From an uncultured bacterium (GTDB lineage: Bacteria; Patescibacteriota; Minisyncoccia; UBA6257; 2-01-FULL-56-20), in NCBI GenBank assembly GCA_963696395.1, contig CAVOJZ010000002.1, positions 431,317 through 495,316 of the forward strand: a stretch of 64,000 bases of DNA, read 5' to 3'. Below, in pieces: positions 53,208 to 63,312 of this stretch. The position numbers and the translations under genes were made by a program. How positions within the stretch are numbered: the stretch's first letter is position 1; each line of letters opens with the position of its first letter. A model generated the notes under the pieces. That model worked only from the letters and a program-made list of their open reading frames with translations. It was not told the DNA's origin and did no database searches.

Positions 53208-55133
53208 TTAATAGAATACCGTTGCCCCATCGTCGTCCCAATCGCTCCCGCTTCCGGCGTCCGACTCGGCTCTTGGCGCTCCCGCGCTCGCGCCGGCAAA
53301 GGCAATGCAGTCTTCCGGTATTTCCGAAATGAAGCGCGAGGGGATTCCGAAAAAGCTGATAAAAAGATTTTTCCTCGCGCGGGTCATGGCAACGTACATA
53401 AGCCTTCGTTCTTCTGCGAGCGAGGGTTCGCTTTCAAGTGATCGGCCGTGCGGCAGAAATCCTTCGGCGGCGCCGGCGATGAAGACTGTGTCGAACTCCA
53501 ATCCCTTTGCAAGATGGATTGTCATCATGCTAACCTCTTTTCCCCGCTTTTGTTTTTCATTCACATCGTCTGTAGCCTGCAATAAACTTAGCTTTTCAAG
53601 AAAATCGGGAAGGGTCTCGAATTCGGAAGCGAACGCAACAAGTTCCGCAATATTTTCCTCGCGCTCGTCAGAGTTGATAAAATTTCCCTCGAGATACTCC
53701 ATATAATTGAACGTATCGAGGAAGAGCTTCATCATTTCGAGCGGCTTTACTCCGGCGCCTTGCACAAGCAGCTTTGCGCGAAACTCGGCGAATTTTCTTT
53801 TCGTTAGATTTTTTTCGAGCCGCTCCTTTGCGACTTCATCTTTATCGTTCGACGCATAACGAAGCGCTGCGATAGCATCTTTCACTTCACGCCGCTCGTA
53901 GAATTTTAATCCGCCAAAGATCTTATAGGGAATATCGCGTCTAATGAGAGCCTGCTCAACCGCGCGCGACTGAGCATTGGTGCGATAAAGAATAGCAATG
54001 TCCTCGCTGCCCCTCCCGCGCTGCTTGCCGATTTCCTGTGCAATCCATTCTGCTTCTTCGTTTTCGCCCCACGCTTCGAAAAGCTGAATGCGATCCCCTT
54101 CCGGATTGTTTGTAAATAAATTTTTTGGGGTGCGGAACGAATTATTTTTTACGACCGTTGCCGCCGCACGAATAATATTTCCGGTCGACCGGTAATTTTC
54201 TTCGAGGAAGTGAACTTGTGCACCTTTCCAGTCCTTATCAAAATCCAAAAAAGTTTTTATATTCGCATAGCGCCAGCTGTAGATGGTTTGTTCGTCATCG
54301 CCCACGACGCTCAGATTCCGATGTCCCTCTGCGAGTAGCGTCACAAGCTCGCATTGTTTTGGGTTGATGTCTTGATATTCATCCACAAGGATGGCGTCAA
54401 ACATGTCTTGATATTTCTTGAGCACGCCCGGATTATTTTTGAGAAGAGAAACAACCTTTTCTATGAGATCGTCAAAATCAAAAGCGTTATTGCGCGCCAG
54501 TGAGTCTTCGTATTTTTCAAAAACAGAAATTATATTTTTTGCGGTCTTTGCGTCAATGTTGCCCGACATGCCGGAAGCTCCGTTTCCCGATCCGCCGGCA
54601 CCGCCAGCCAACGCTTTAAATTCCTCAAGAGCCTCAGCCCGATTTTTAATCTCGGATATTTTTTGTGCAAAGAAAGCCGGTGTCTCCCTTTTGTTTACCT
54701 TCTGTCTTGCGATGCCATCGTCATCCTTTTGGGGTTTCGGCAACACGTTCTTTACCGCTTTTTTGATGAGATCGAACGAGTCATGGTCGTCGAATATCGC
54801 AAAATTCGGTGTCCGCCCAAGATGATGACATTCTTTTCTAAGGATTCGAGCTCCCAGGCTGTGGAATGTACTGATGAGTGGCTCGGATGCGCCTTCCCAC
54901 ATAACATCAACTCTATTGAGCATTTCTTTGGCGGCTTTGTTCGTAAAAGTTATCGCGCATATCCTTTCCGGGCGGATTCCGGTGTTAATAAAGTAAAGGA
55001 TCCGGCTCGTTAAAGTCTTTGTTTTGCCCGTTCCAGCCCCGGCGACAATTAAAAGAGGGCCATTTTTGGCTTCGGCAGCAGCCTTTTGGGCTGGATTCAT
55101 GGGGAAAACGTGTGGATGCTTGGATTTTTGCAT
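53208..55133 (-). CDS. UvrD/PcrA/Rep-family DNA helicase
   Basis: Motif I AGAGTGKT, motif II DEYQD and further helicase motifs. The start could be the internal Met at about 55100. Confidence 0.85.
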   Translation of the reverse strand: MQKSKHPHVFPMNPAQKAAAEAKNGPLLIVAGAGTGKTKTLTSRILYFINTGIRPERICAITFTNKAAKEMLNRVDVMWEGASEPLISTFHSLGARILRKECHHLGRTPNFAIFDDHDSFDLIKKAVKNVLPKPQKDDDGIARQKVNKRETPAFFAQKISEIKNRAEALEEFKALAGGAGGSGNGASGMSGNIDAKTAKNIISVFEKYEDSLARNNAFDFDDLIEKVVSLLKNNPGVLKKYQDMFDAILVDEYQDINPKQCELVTLLAEGHRNLSVVGDDEQTIYSWRYANIKTFLDFDKDWKGAQVHFLEENYRSTGNIIRAAATVVKNNSFRTPKNLFTNNPEGDRIQLFEAWGENEEAEWIAQEIGKQRGRGSEDIAILYRTNAQSRAVEQALIRRDIPYKIFGGLKFYERREVKDAIAALRYASNDKDEVAKERLEKNLTKRKFAEFRAKLLVQGAGVKPLEMMKLFLDTFNYMEYLEGNFINSDEREENIAELVAFASEFETLPDFLEKLSLLQATDDVNEKQKRGKEVSMMTIHLAKGLEFDTVFIAGAAEGFLPHGRSLESEPSLAEERRLMYVAMTRARKNLFISFFGIPSRFISEIPEDCIAFAGASAGAPRAESDAGSGSDWDDDGATVFY

Positions 55134-55171
55134 ATTCAGGTCTGAGGTGCTAAGATATTCATATTAGTATT

Positions 55172-56251
55172 ATGGTCGGAAAACTGAAAAGTAGATACAA
55201 ACCACTATCCGTGGCTGTTTTTTTGATTGGGGCAGTAGTTTTTTTTCGATTCGCTTTCCTTCCCCAGACCGGAATAATCGTTGAAAAAGGGGTTCTCGGG
55301 GGTCCTTCTCCCTCTTTATTGCCGACAGCGCAGGGGGCTGAATTAGGGAACGTCATAACCAGTTCGGGAGCGCTTCAAGACCAAGGAATGGCTATTGATT
55401 CTTCCGACGGAACCGGCGATGGCGCTGATGTTGCGAATTCTGAGACTCCGTCGAATGACCTAATGGGAGAGAAAGGGACGATCGAGGATCCTGGCCAGCC
55501 CATTGGACCTTCCGTTGATCGGGCGGGGCTTGTGACGTATGTCGTGCGATCCGGTGATAATCTCTCGAAAATCGCCTCATACTTTGGAATATCAGTGCAA
55601 ACCATCCTTGATGCTAATCCGGGAGTTAAGGCAGGATCGCTGAAAGCCGGAGCGAAACTGCAGATTCTTCCGACGACAGGCGTCATCTATCAAACTAAGA
55701 CCGGCGATACCCTCGGATCGATCGCAACCGCGTTTGGCATCCCTCAGGATAAAATAACTCAATTTAATCCATCGGTAAACTTTGGCTCGCTCGACGCAGG
55801 GCAGACCGTGATCATTCCGGGCGGGACGGACATGGCAACCAATCCCCTTTCATCGAGCGTATCCACGCTGCCAAACTTCGACCAGGATTTTATTATGCCG
55901 ACCACCGGATACAACTGGGGAATTCTTCATCATGAAAATGCGGTTGATATCGCCAATTCGTGTGGCACGCCTGTCGTTGCCGCCGCGACCGGCGTTGTGA
56001 TTCCCGATCCGCAAATTTCGGATGTCTTCGGCGCATGGAACGGTGGCTACGGAAACTTTGTGCTCATCGAGCATGCTTTCGGCAACAATGTTGAGACGCG
56101 GTATGCACACTTGGAAAAAATTACGGTGCAAGTTGGTGATTACGTAACGCAAGGTGAGCAGATTGGGCTCATGGGCGAAACCGGCGACGCAACCGGATGC
56201 CATTTACACTTTGAAGTTTTAGGGGCGCATAATCCATTTGCAAAGAGTTAG
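55172..56251 (+). CDS. LysM-domain M23 metallopeptidase
   Basis: Two LysM repeats (YVVRSGDNLSKIA, YQTKTGDTLGSIA) and M23 motifs (H.G.D, HLHFE). Confidence 0.8.
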   Translation: MVGKLKSRYKPLSVAVFLIGAVVFFRFAFLPQTGIIVEKGVLGGPSPSLLPTAQGAELGNVITSSGALQDQGMAIDSSDGTGDGADVANSETPSNDLMGEKGTIEDPGQPIGPSVDRAGLVTYVVRSGDNLSKIASYFGISVQTILDANPGVKAGSLKAGAKLQILPTTGVIYQTKTGDTLGSIATAFGIPQDKITQFNPSVNFGSLDAGQTVIIPGGTDMATNPLSSSVSTLPNFDQDFIMPTTGYNWGILHHENAVDIANSCGTPVVAAATGVVIPDPQISDVFGAWNGGYGNFVLIEHAFGNNVETRYAHLEKITVQVGDYVTQGEQIGLMGETGDATGCHLHFEVLGAHNPFAKS

Positions 56252-56268
56252 TTTCCTGAGGCCGGTTT

Positions 56269-57801
56269 TTATTCCTCACGAAGGCGATAACTGAACGCTT
56301 CGGCGAGCGCCTCTTCATCCACTGTGCCTTTTCCTTCGAGGTCGGCGATAGTTTGGGCGACTTTGAGAAGACGGAAATAACTTCTTGGCGAGAGCCTGGT
56401 TCGATCGAGCGTTTCAAGAAAATGTTCTGCGCCGGGCGTTACGGATATGAGCGACCGTGTATCGCGTGAGCTCATCTCAGAATTTGTTTTATCCATAGCA
56501 AACCGCTCACGTTGTGTGTCGCGGGCTTTTTGCACAGAGAGGCGGAGTTTTTCATTGAGTGTGTCGTCTCTATCCGCGCCGCGCAGCTCACGGATCGCCA
56601 CGCGGCCAATCGCCACATGGAGATCGATTCGATCAAGCAATGGCCCGGAAATTTTCTTTTGGTAACGCAACACTTCAAAGGCACTGCAAGAGCATTCGCG
56701 CTCGCGGTCGCCGTAATAACCACAAGGGCACGGGTTCATGGCGGCGACAAGCGTGAATTTCGCAGGGAATATAAGCCGGTTTTTGGCTCTTGAAACACCA
56801 ATAGCGCCCGATTCCATCGGTTGCCGCAATGCTTCAAGGGCATTTCTCTGAAACTCGGGGAACTCATCTAAGAATAAGACGCCACGATGAGCCAGGCTGA
56901 TTTCGCCGGGACGCGGATCCGGGCCGCCTCCGACAAGTGCCGTGACTGATGCTGTGTGATGAGGTGCGCGGAATGGACGCTCTTCGATCAAGCCGCGAGG
57001 TTGCATGCCGGCGGCGCTCCAAATTTTAGTAACATCAATCGCCTCCTGGTTCGTGAGCTTTGGCATGATTCCGGCAAGCGCCCGTGCAAGAAAACTTTTC
57101 CCAACCCCTGGCGGTCCTGTGAGTAGGACGTTGTGTGCTCCACTCGCCGCTATGACGAGCGCGCGCTTTGCGTTCTCTTGCCCTTTGATTTCAGAAAAAT
57201 CGGGGACAAATAATTGCTGACCTGGGTTATTCAAGCGAGTCGGTTTATGTGCGATTCGTTGAAGGCGACCCTCAAGAATCTCAATCCCCTCTCGCAAGCT
57301 TTCGAGCGCGATAATCGAGATGCCCGAAATTGCGGCAGCCTCGTCTGCATTTTCTTTCGGCAGGAATACATATTCAAATTTCAATTCAGCAGCTTTTTGC
57401 GCGATATTCAGAGCCCCAGCAATGGGGCGCAATCGACCATCGAGTGCCAGCTCGCCAACAAAAAGAATTTTTTCACCGTCAAATTTTCTGATCTGTACGG
57501 AAGCCAACAAATAACCAAGCGCAATCGCAAGGTCGTATTGGGAGCCGGTTTTCCGAAAATCTGCGGGCGCCAAGTTGATCGTTATCCGACGGTTCTCCCG
57601 GTTCGGCGGTTTGATGCCGGAATTTTTGATTGCAGAGTTTACTCTTTCTTTCGCTTCGGTGAGCGACCGATCTCCAAGACCAACAATTGAAAAATCATGC
57701 AGACCGACATTTATGTCCGCTTCAACCTCGATAATTTTTGCGTCGATTCCCTCGAGCTCCGCCGAATATAATCGTGCAGGATTTTTTGGCATCCTTAACA
57801 A
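56269..57801 (-). CDS. comM: YifB/ComM Mg-chelatase-like AAA+ protein
   Basis: Lon-like N-domain, Walker A GPPGVGKS and a C-terminal ChlI domain. Confidence 0.85.
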   Translation of the reverse strand: MLRMPKNPARLYSAELEGIDAKIIEVEADINVGLHDFSIVGLGDRSLTEAKERVNSAIKNSGIKPPNRENRRITINLAPADFRKTGSQYDLAIALGYLLASVQIRKFDGEKILFVGELALDGRLRPIAGALNIAQKAAELKFEYVFLPKENADEAAAISGISIIALESLREGIEILEGRLQRIAHKPTRLNNPGQQLFVPDFSEIKGQENAKRALVIAASGAHNVLLTGPPGVGKSFLARALAGIMPKLTNQEAIDVTKIWSAAGMQPRGLIEERPFRAPHHTASVTALVGGGPDPRPGEISLAHRGVLFLDEFPEFQRNALEALRQPMESGAIGVSRAKNRLIFPAKFTLVAAMNPCPCGYYGDRERECSCSAFEVLRYQKKISGPLLDRIDLHVAIGRVAIRELRGADRDDTLNEKLRLSVQKARDTQRERFAMDKTNSEMSSRDTRSLISVTPGAEHFLETLDRTRLSPRSYFRLLKVAQTIADLEGKGTVDEEALAEAFSYRLREE

Positions 57802-57886
57802 TTACCAGATTCTTCATTAAACGAAGATTAAAAAATTTCAATAAAAAAATGACGCAACCTAGTGGCTGCGTCATTTTTTTAACAAA

Positions 57887-58219
57887 CTACTTCCCTATCT
57901 TGTCTTTTTTGCAAAAGCGGGATTCCGGGTCAATGTCTAGAATTTCCTCCTCGATTTCCTCGCCGCACTTCTCGCAAATCCCGAATTTTCCAGCGCCGAA
58001 TTTTCCGAGCGCATTATCGATTTGTGCCAATCGATTTTTCAAATCTTCGACAAGGGCGAGTTGGTTCCCGACCTCTTCTGAAGTGTCAGACTCTTCCTCG
58101 AAGCGAACAATGTCGACTCCAAGATCAACCGGTTTTTCATTGCGCTTAATTTCGCCGTTCACGATCATGCGCTCCTTCTCGAGCTTCTTTTTATATTCGT
58201 TTAATTTTTCGTTTGTCAT
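57887..58219 (-). CDS. DksA/TraR-family C4 zinc-finger protein
   Basis: Coiled-coil followed by CEKCGEEI...C..C. Confidence 0.65.
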   Translation of the reverse strand: MTNEKLNEYKKKLEKERMIVNGEIKRNEKPVDLGVDIVRFEEESDTSEEVGNQLALVEDLKNRLAQIDNALGKFGAGKFGICEKCGEEIEEEILDIDPESRFCKKDKIGK

Positions 58220-58256
58220 AATGCTAAAGATATCCTAAAAGTCTAGAATCGGCAAA

Positions 58257-58549
58257 TTGCCGGATTAATCCGGCAATCAATTATTAAATTCATTAAAATT
58301 GCCGGATTTGCCGGATTATTTATTAATAATTCTTTATTAATTATTTATTTAATCAAATAACCCGGTAAGCTATATTTTACCTACATTTTTTGCCTGACAA
58401 ACAAAATTGTTTGCCAAAAATGTTTGTCGCTAAACACATTAATAATTCAAATTGATTAAATTGATTAATAAGTATGTTTAGCGCTAAACACTCCATAAAT
58501 CAAAAATGAATTATGAGATGTTTGTCGCTAAACACATTAATAATTCAAA
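58257..58549. promoter_or_regulatory. array of palindromic operator-like sites upstream of yraN
   Basis: 20-bp perfect palindrome TTGCCGGATTAATCCGGCAA at 58257-58276, with two more TTGCCGGATT copies after it. Two identical 31-bp direct repeats TGTTTGTCGCTAAACACATTAATAATTCAAA at 58421-58451 and 58519-58549. A perfect 16-bp palindrome TGTTTAGCGCTAAACA at 58475-58490. Confidence 0.4.
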
Positions 58550-58558
58550 ATATTAAAA

Positions 58559-58948
58559 ATGGCTGAATTAAAACGAGAAATTGGGATTTTTGGTGAAAAA
58601 GTGGCTTCAAAATATTTAATTAATAAAGGATATGAAATTCTATATAGAAATTATAAAAAGAAATTTGGGGAAATTGATATTATCGTAAGATCAAAGGAGG
58701 GCATTTTAATATTTTGCGAAGTCAAAACAATGAGAGAAAAGCCAGGATTTCCCGCTTGTCTTATTCCTGAAGATAATGTAACTTCCCAAAAAGCTCAGAA
58801 AATGAGGCGAGCCGCCCAGTTTTTCGCCTCGAAGTATCCAGATCTTATTTATGAAGAAAAAGGGTGGCAAATTGATTTGCTAGCTATTGTTCTTGATTCA
58901 GAAGATAAAGCTGTTAAACAAATTAGACATTATGAAAATATTCTATGA
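58559..58948 (+). CDS. yraN: YraN (UPF0102) family endonuclease-like protein
   Basis: KGYEILYRNYKKKFGEIDIIV...EVK is the PD-(D/E)xK-like YraN signature. The gene and the upstream 340 bp are markedly AT-rich relative to their neighbours. Confidence 0.7.
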   Translation: MAELKREIGIFGEKVASKYLINKGYEILYRNYKKKFGEIDIIVRSKEGILIFCEVKTMREKPGFPACLIPEDNVTSQKAQKMRRAAQFFASKYPDLIYEEKGWQIDLLAIVLDSEDKAVKQIRHYENIL

Positions 58949-59057
58949 AAAATCCTTGACAGAACTCCCCGCGCTGACTTATAGTGATACTTACGAGCCG
59001 CTTCAAAGCGGCTTTAACTTTACCTGAATAAAAATTTAATAAAAACTTAATAAAAAA

Positions 59058-60287
59058 ATGTTGAATATAAAAGAACTCACCAAGGCGTTAAAGCAGGTTT
59101 CAGAAGAAAAAGGACTTGAACCGGACAAGGTTCTTGAGGTGATTGAATCATCCATCGCCGCTGCGTACAAAAAAGAGTACGGCGAAAGAGGGGAGATGGT
59201 GAAATGTAATGTTGATCAAAAGACAGGAGAGCTCAAGTTCTGGCAGATAAAAAAGATCGTGGATGAAACCACGGTTCGGTTTATTGAAGAAGGAGAGGAG
59301 GTTGTTGAGGGCGAACATGATTCCCGCCCTGCGGCTGGAGCGAACGAAGAGCCAAAATTGCCACGCTACAATCCGGAACGGGATATTACTATTGAAGAAG
59401 CAAAAAAAATAAAGAAAGATGCAAAAGTCGGCGATGAGCTTTCGTTCCCGCTTGAAACCCACGAAGACTTCGGAAGAATTGCAGCGCAAACGGCAAAGCA
59501 GGTTATTCTACAGAAGCTGCGCGAATCAGAACGAGATTCCATATTGAATGAATGGCGGGGGAGAGAGGGCCAGATTGTGAGCGGCGTAATCCAACGATTC
59601 GAACGCGGGAATATTTTTATTGACCTCGGAAGAACTATCGGCGTTATGTTTGCAAATGAATCGATCCCCGGAGAGCATTATCGTTCGGGTGAGCGATTGC
59701 GATTCCTTGTGCTTGCCGTGCAAGAGGACACTCGCTTGCCGGGCATCATCCTTTCGCGATCGCATCCAAAGTTTGTCATGGAACTTTTCCGCATGGAAGT
59801 TCCGGAGCTCATGGAAGATTCAATCGAGATCAAATCTATCGCTCGTGAACCCGGGAACAGGACGAAAGTTGCCGCCGCATCGAAGACCGAAGGCGTTGAT
59901 CCGGTCGGCGCACTTGTCGGCCAACGGGGAACGCGTGTTATGGCGGTGAACAATGAACTTGGCAATGAAAAGATCGATATTGCCGAATGGTCCGAAGATC
60001 CGGAAAAATTTATTGCGAATGCGCTTTCGCCGGCGAAGGTTGAACGCGTTGAGATTTTGCCGCGCCGCGAAGCGAGGGCGTTCGTTCCCGAAAATCAGTT
60101 GAGTCTCGCGATCGGCAAAGGCGGCCAGAACGTGCGCCTTGCGGCAAAGCTCACCGGTTGGAAAATAGACGTCCGTTCGCAAACAGATCCTGAGTCTGTG
60201 CAGGAGGGCGGAATCGCCGCAAGCACCGGAGAATCGGATCAGATCGCAGCGCCGGAAGCCGAGGAGCACGAAGATATTGCGTTATAA
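59058..60287 (+). CDS. nusA: transcription termination/antitermination factor NusA
   Basis: N-domain, S1 domain and two KH domains (GKGGQNVRLAAKLTGW). Confidence 0.9.
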   Translation: MLNIKELTKALKQVSEEKGLEPDKVLEVIESSIAAAYKKEYGERGEMVKCNVDQKTGELKFWQIKKIVDETTVRFIEEGEEVVEGEHDSRPAAGANEEPKLPRYNPERDITIEEAKKIKKDAKVGDELSFPLETHEDFGRIAAQTAKQVILQKLRESERDSILNEWRGREGQIVSGVIQRFERGNIFIDLGRTIGVMFANESIPGEHYRSGERLRFLVLAVQEDTRLPGIILSRSHPKFVMELFRMEVPELMEDSIEIKSIAREPGNRTKVAAASKTEGVDPVGALVGQRGTRVMAVNNELGNEKIDIAEWSEDPEKFIANALSPAKVERVEILPRREARAFVPENQLSLAIGKGGQNVRLAAKLTGWKIDVRSQTDPESVQEGGIAASTGESDQIAAPEAEEHEDIAL

Positions 60288-60315
60288 AACAAGAGAGATT
60301 TACAATACTATTACT

Positions 60316-60858
60316 ATGAACAAAAACAGCCCGTGGGAAAATGTTCCGGTTGGTGAGAAGGCGCCTGAGATTGTGAATGTCATCATAGACATTCCAAAAG
60401 GGAGCCAGAACAAATATGAATACGACGAAACGCTCGGCGTATTCAAGCTTGATCGTGTTCTTTATACACCATTTCACTTCCCATTGGATTACGGTTTTAT
60501 CCCGGCGACACGTTCCGAAGACGGCGACCACCTCGACGCATTCGTGATCGGCAGCGATCCCGTGCCGATGGGTTGCGTTGTGGAGATTCGCCCGATCGGA
60601 CTCATTAAGATGATTGATTCCGGCGAGCCGGATTTCAAGGTGGTTGGCGTGCAGGCAAGAAATCCGCGATTCGATACGATTAAAGACCTTAAGGATCTTG
60701 AGATAATCATGCCCCATCTCATGAAAGAAACGACGCACTTCCTTTCTCACTATAAGGACTTACAAAACAAAAAAGTTGAGATTCAAGGGTGGGATGATGC
60801 GGCGGCGGCAAAAGCTGAAATCGAAAAAGCCGAGAAAGCATACTCGGAAGAAAAATAA
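60316..60858 (+). CDS. ppa: inorganic pyrophosphatase (family I)
   Basis: [12 protein letters not shown]...DGDHLDAFV signature. The start is moved to the internal Met to avoid overlap with nusA. Confidence 0.85.
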   Translation: MNKNSPWENVPVGEKAPEIVNVIIDIPKGSQNKYEYDETLGVFKLDRVLYTPFHFPLDYGFIPATRSEDGDHLDAFVIGSDPVPMGCVVEIRPIGLIKMIDSGEPDFKVVGVQARNPRFDTIKDLKDLEIIMPHLMKETTHFLSHYKDLQNKKVEIQGWDDAAAAKAEIEKAEKAYSEEK

Positions 60859-60883
60859 TTTCATTAAAATTGTATTAAATCAT

Positions 60884-61483
60884 ATGGATACAGAAAACCA
60901 GTATCTCATCCCAACAGTTATAGAAAAGTCGCAGAACGGCGAGCGGGCTTACGATATTTACTCGCGCCTTCTCAAGGAGCGAATTATCTTTTTGGGCGGA
61001 CCGGTGAGCGACGCGGTTGCAAATACGGTTATCGCACAGCTTTTGTTCCTTGATCACGAAGATCAGAAGAAAGATATTAGGTTATACATCAACAGTCCCG
61101 GCGGTTCGGTTACGGCGGGCATGGCAATCTACGACACAATGCAGTTTGTGAAGTCGGATGTGTCAACGGTTTCGATCGGTGTTGCCGCCTCAATGGGAGC
61201 GTTCCTCCTTGCTGCGGGGAAAAAAGGAAAACGATTTGCCTTGCCGAATGCGGAAATCTTGTTGCACCAGGTGGCCGTTGATTCCATCGGTGGACAGGCG
61301 ACGGAAATTGAAATTTCTGCGCGGCAAATTTTGAAGACCAAACAGAGATTAAACCAGTTGCTCGCAAAGCATACCGGGCAGACGCTTGCCAAAGTTGAGA
61401 AAGATACCGAGCGCGATTTCTGGCTTTCCGTGGAAGAGGCAAAGGCGTACGGTGTTATCGATGAGATTATCAAAAAGTCTTAA
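60884..61483 (+). CDS. clpP: ATP-dependent Clp protease proteolytic subunit
   Basis: Catalytic triad context ([23 protein letters not shown]). Confidence 0.9.
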   Translation: MDTENQYLIPTVIEKSQNGERAYDIYSRLLKERIIFLGGPVSDAVANTVIAQLLFLDHEDQKKDIRLYINSPGGSVTAGMAIYDTMQFVKSDVSTVSIGVAASMGAFLLAAGKKGKRFALPNAEILLHQVAVDSIGGQATEIEISARQILKTKQRLNQLLAKHTGQTLAKVEKDTERDFWLSVEEAKAYGVIDEIIKKS

Positions 61484-61485
61484 GA

Positions 61486-61512
61486 GAAGCCCCGACAAGT
61501 GTCGGGGCTTTT
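61486..61512 (+). terminator. rho-independent terminator after clpP
   Basis: AAGCCCCGACAAGTGTCGGGGCTTTT. Confidence 0.6.
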
Positions 61513-61526
61513 AAATTGCAAAAATG

Positions 61527-61793
61527 TTAACAAGGTTTGCGAGGGCAAACAGTAGATTCCTTGATGAAGAATTCGGCAGAACAACTTTTGGAGCCGCAGA
61601 TTACAGGGATGAGACCTGCTACCTGTTGCATGTCGATCGCCCCAAGGGTTCCGCATGATGGACAGGCGAGAACTGCCACGTATACACCGAGCCTTTTTTC
61701 TACTTCATCGGGCTTGAGTTCGAGCGGGAAATAGTCGCCGGGACGCATTTGCTCGGGGATCCATTCGGTTATTATTTCGAGATTTTCCACCAT
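61527..61793 (-). CDS. small Cys-rich protein (putative zinc-binding), hypothetical
   Basis: MVENLEIITEW... with CPSCG...CGSKSC...CPRKPC. A strong Shine-Dalgarno GAGGAGG sits 6 nt upstream of the ATG at 61793. Confidence 0.45.
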   Translation of the reverse strand: MVENLEIITEWIPEQMRPGDYFPLELKPDEVEKRLGVYVAVLACPSCGTLGAIDMQQVAGLIPVICGSKSCSAEFFIKESTVCPRKPC

Positions 61794-61865
61794 GGCGCCT
61801 CCTCGGTTTTTAGAAGTGGGCATCAACGTTCTATTCTTATTATATCAGTGGTAGAATACATAACA

Positions 61866-63053
61866 ATGGAGAAGGATAAAATTAAGATTCAATCTCTTTT
61901 TGTCCGCAACGTCGAGGATGCGATTGACCGCAAACATCTCGAGGTGGCGTTGGCATCCGGGAAAAAACTTCGCGTCAAATTCGGGATCGATCCCACGGGA
62001 GACAAGATCCATATCGGTCGGGCTGTCGCGCTATGGAAATTGCGAGAGTTTCAGGATTTGGGCCACAAAGTGATCTTGATTATCGGAGATTTCACTGCGC
62101 AAATAGGGGATCCTTCCGACAAGCTGGAGAAGCGGCCGTTTCTGTCAAAGGAGCAAGTTAAGAAAAACCTTCAAAACTACCTTGCTCAAATCGGCAAGAT
62201 TCTCGATCTTAAAAAAACGGAAGTCCGCTACAATAGCGATTGGCTTTCGAAGCTTAATCTGCGTGAGATATCGGAATTGGCGGAAATATTCACATTCCAG
62301 CAGATTCTCGAGCGGCGGAATTTTCATGAAAGGCTCGAAAAACATCAGGAAATCAGCTATCGCGAAGGGTTGTATCCTTTAATGCAGGGATATGATTCGG
62401 TCGCCGTAAAGGCGGATGTTGAAATTGGAGGCACCGATCAGCTCTTTAATTTGCTTGCCGGCAGGAAAATCCAGGAACATTACGGAGAGAAACCTCAGGA
62501 CGTGTTGACGACAAAAATGATCGTCGGCCTCGACGGCAGAAAGATGTCCACAAGCTGGGGCAACGTCATCAACATTGCCGATGAGGCAGATGAACAATTC
62601 GGGAAAGTTATGTCGCTCCATGATGATCTGATCGTGGAATATTTCGAGGCGGCGACGGATGCGACCGATGAAGAAATCGAAGTGATCAAGAAAGATCTAA
62701 CAAAAGGAGCCAACCCCAAAAATATCAAGGAAAAGCTGGCCTGCCGGCTCGTTGAGCGATATCATGGCAAGCAGAAAGCTCTCGAAGCCCAAAAGAAATT
62801 CGAGCAACTATTTTCAAAAAAAGAGACGCCGGACGATGTGCCGGAACTAAAAGTGAAGAAAGGCGAGCAGTCCGTTTTAGATATCCTGGTTGCGGCCGGC
62901 ATAAAGAGCAAAAGTGAGGCGCGACGACTCGTTGAGCAGGGAGGTTTCGACATTGATGGCAGGCCGGAAAAAGATCCGGCGGCAAAAATTATCCTCAAGG
63001 GTGGAGAAATCTTAAAAGTGGGCAAAAAGCGCTTTTTTAAAGCAATTATTTAA
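61866..63053 (+). CDS. tyrS: tyrosyl-tRNA synthetase
   Basis: Class I motifs HIG (KIHIGRAV) and KMSTS, plus a C-terminal S4-like domain (SKSEARRLVEQGG), which supports TyrRS over TrpRS. Confidence 0.75.
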   Translation: MEKDKIKIQSLFVRNVEDAIDRKHLEVALASGKKLRVKFGIDPTGDKIHIGRAVALWKLREFQDLGHKVILIIGDFTAQIGDPSDKLEKRPFLSKEQVKKNLQNYLAQIGKILDLKKTEVRYNSDWLSKLNLREISELAEIFTFQQILERRNFHERLEKHQEISYREGLYPLMQGYDSVAVKADVEIGGTDQLFNLLAGRKIQEHYGEKPQDVLTTKMIVGLDGRKMSTSWGNVINIADEADEQFGKVMSLHDDLIVEYFEAATDATDEEIEVIKKDLTKGANPKNIKEKLACRLVERYHGKQKALEAQKKFEQLFSKKETPDDVPELKVKKGEQSVLDILVAAGIKSKSEARRLVEQGGFDIDGRPEKDPAAKIILKGGEILKVGKKRFFKAII

Positions 63054-63223
63054 AGTTATCCACAGGTTTTATTGGAGATATCCAGAGAAGTGTTATAGTT
63101 ATATCAGAAATAATCCTTGTCATCCTAATACCTCCCTCAACTGCTCCCTGTGAGCGGTACCAAAAATAATTACTATTCTTTTTATTCGCACTCATAAAAC
63201 GCGAAACAGCCGACCCCAACACA

Positions 63224-63260
63224 AAAGCCCATCTACCCGATGGGCTTTAACTTTTGATTT
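63224..63260 (+). terminator. rho-independent terminator
   Basis: AAAGCCCATC-TACCC-GATGGGCTTT (10-bp stem) followed by AACTTTTGATTTT. Confidence 0.55.
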
Positions 63261-63312
63261 TATTTGATCGGCGATGTATAACAGTAGGCAGCAATTTAGG
63301 ATCTTAATTTGG

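Noticed and set aside
58257-58276. Palindrome TTGCCGGATTAATCCGGCAA as a rho-independent terminator
   Set aside because: No T-run follows it on either strand. It is more likely a protein-binding site.
61749-61865. N-terminal 39-aa extension of tyrS in the track ORF
   Set aside because: The extension has no TyrRS homology, it overlaps a minus-strand ORF with a strong RBS, and a Met (MEKDKIKI) aligns with aaRS N-termini.
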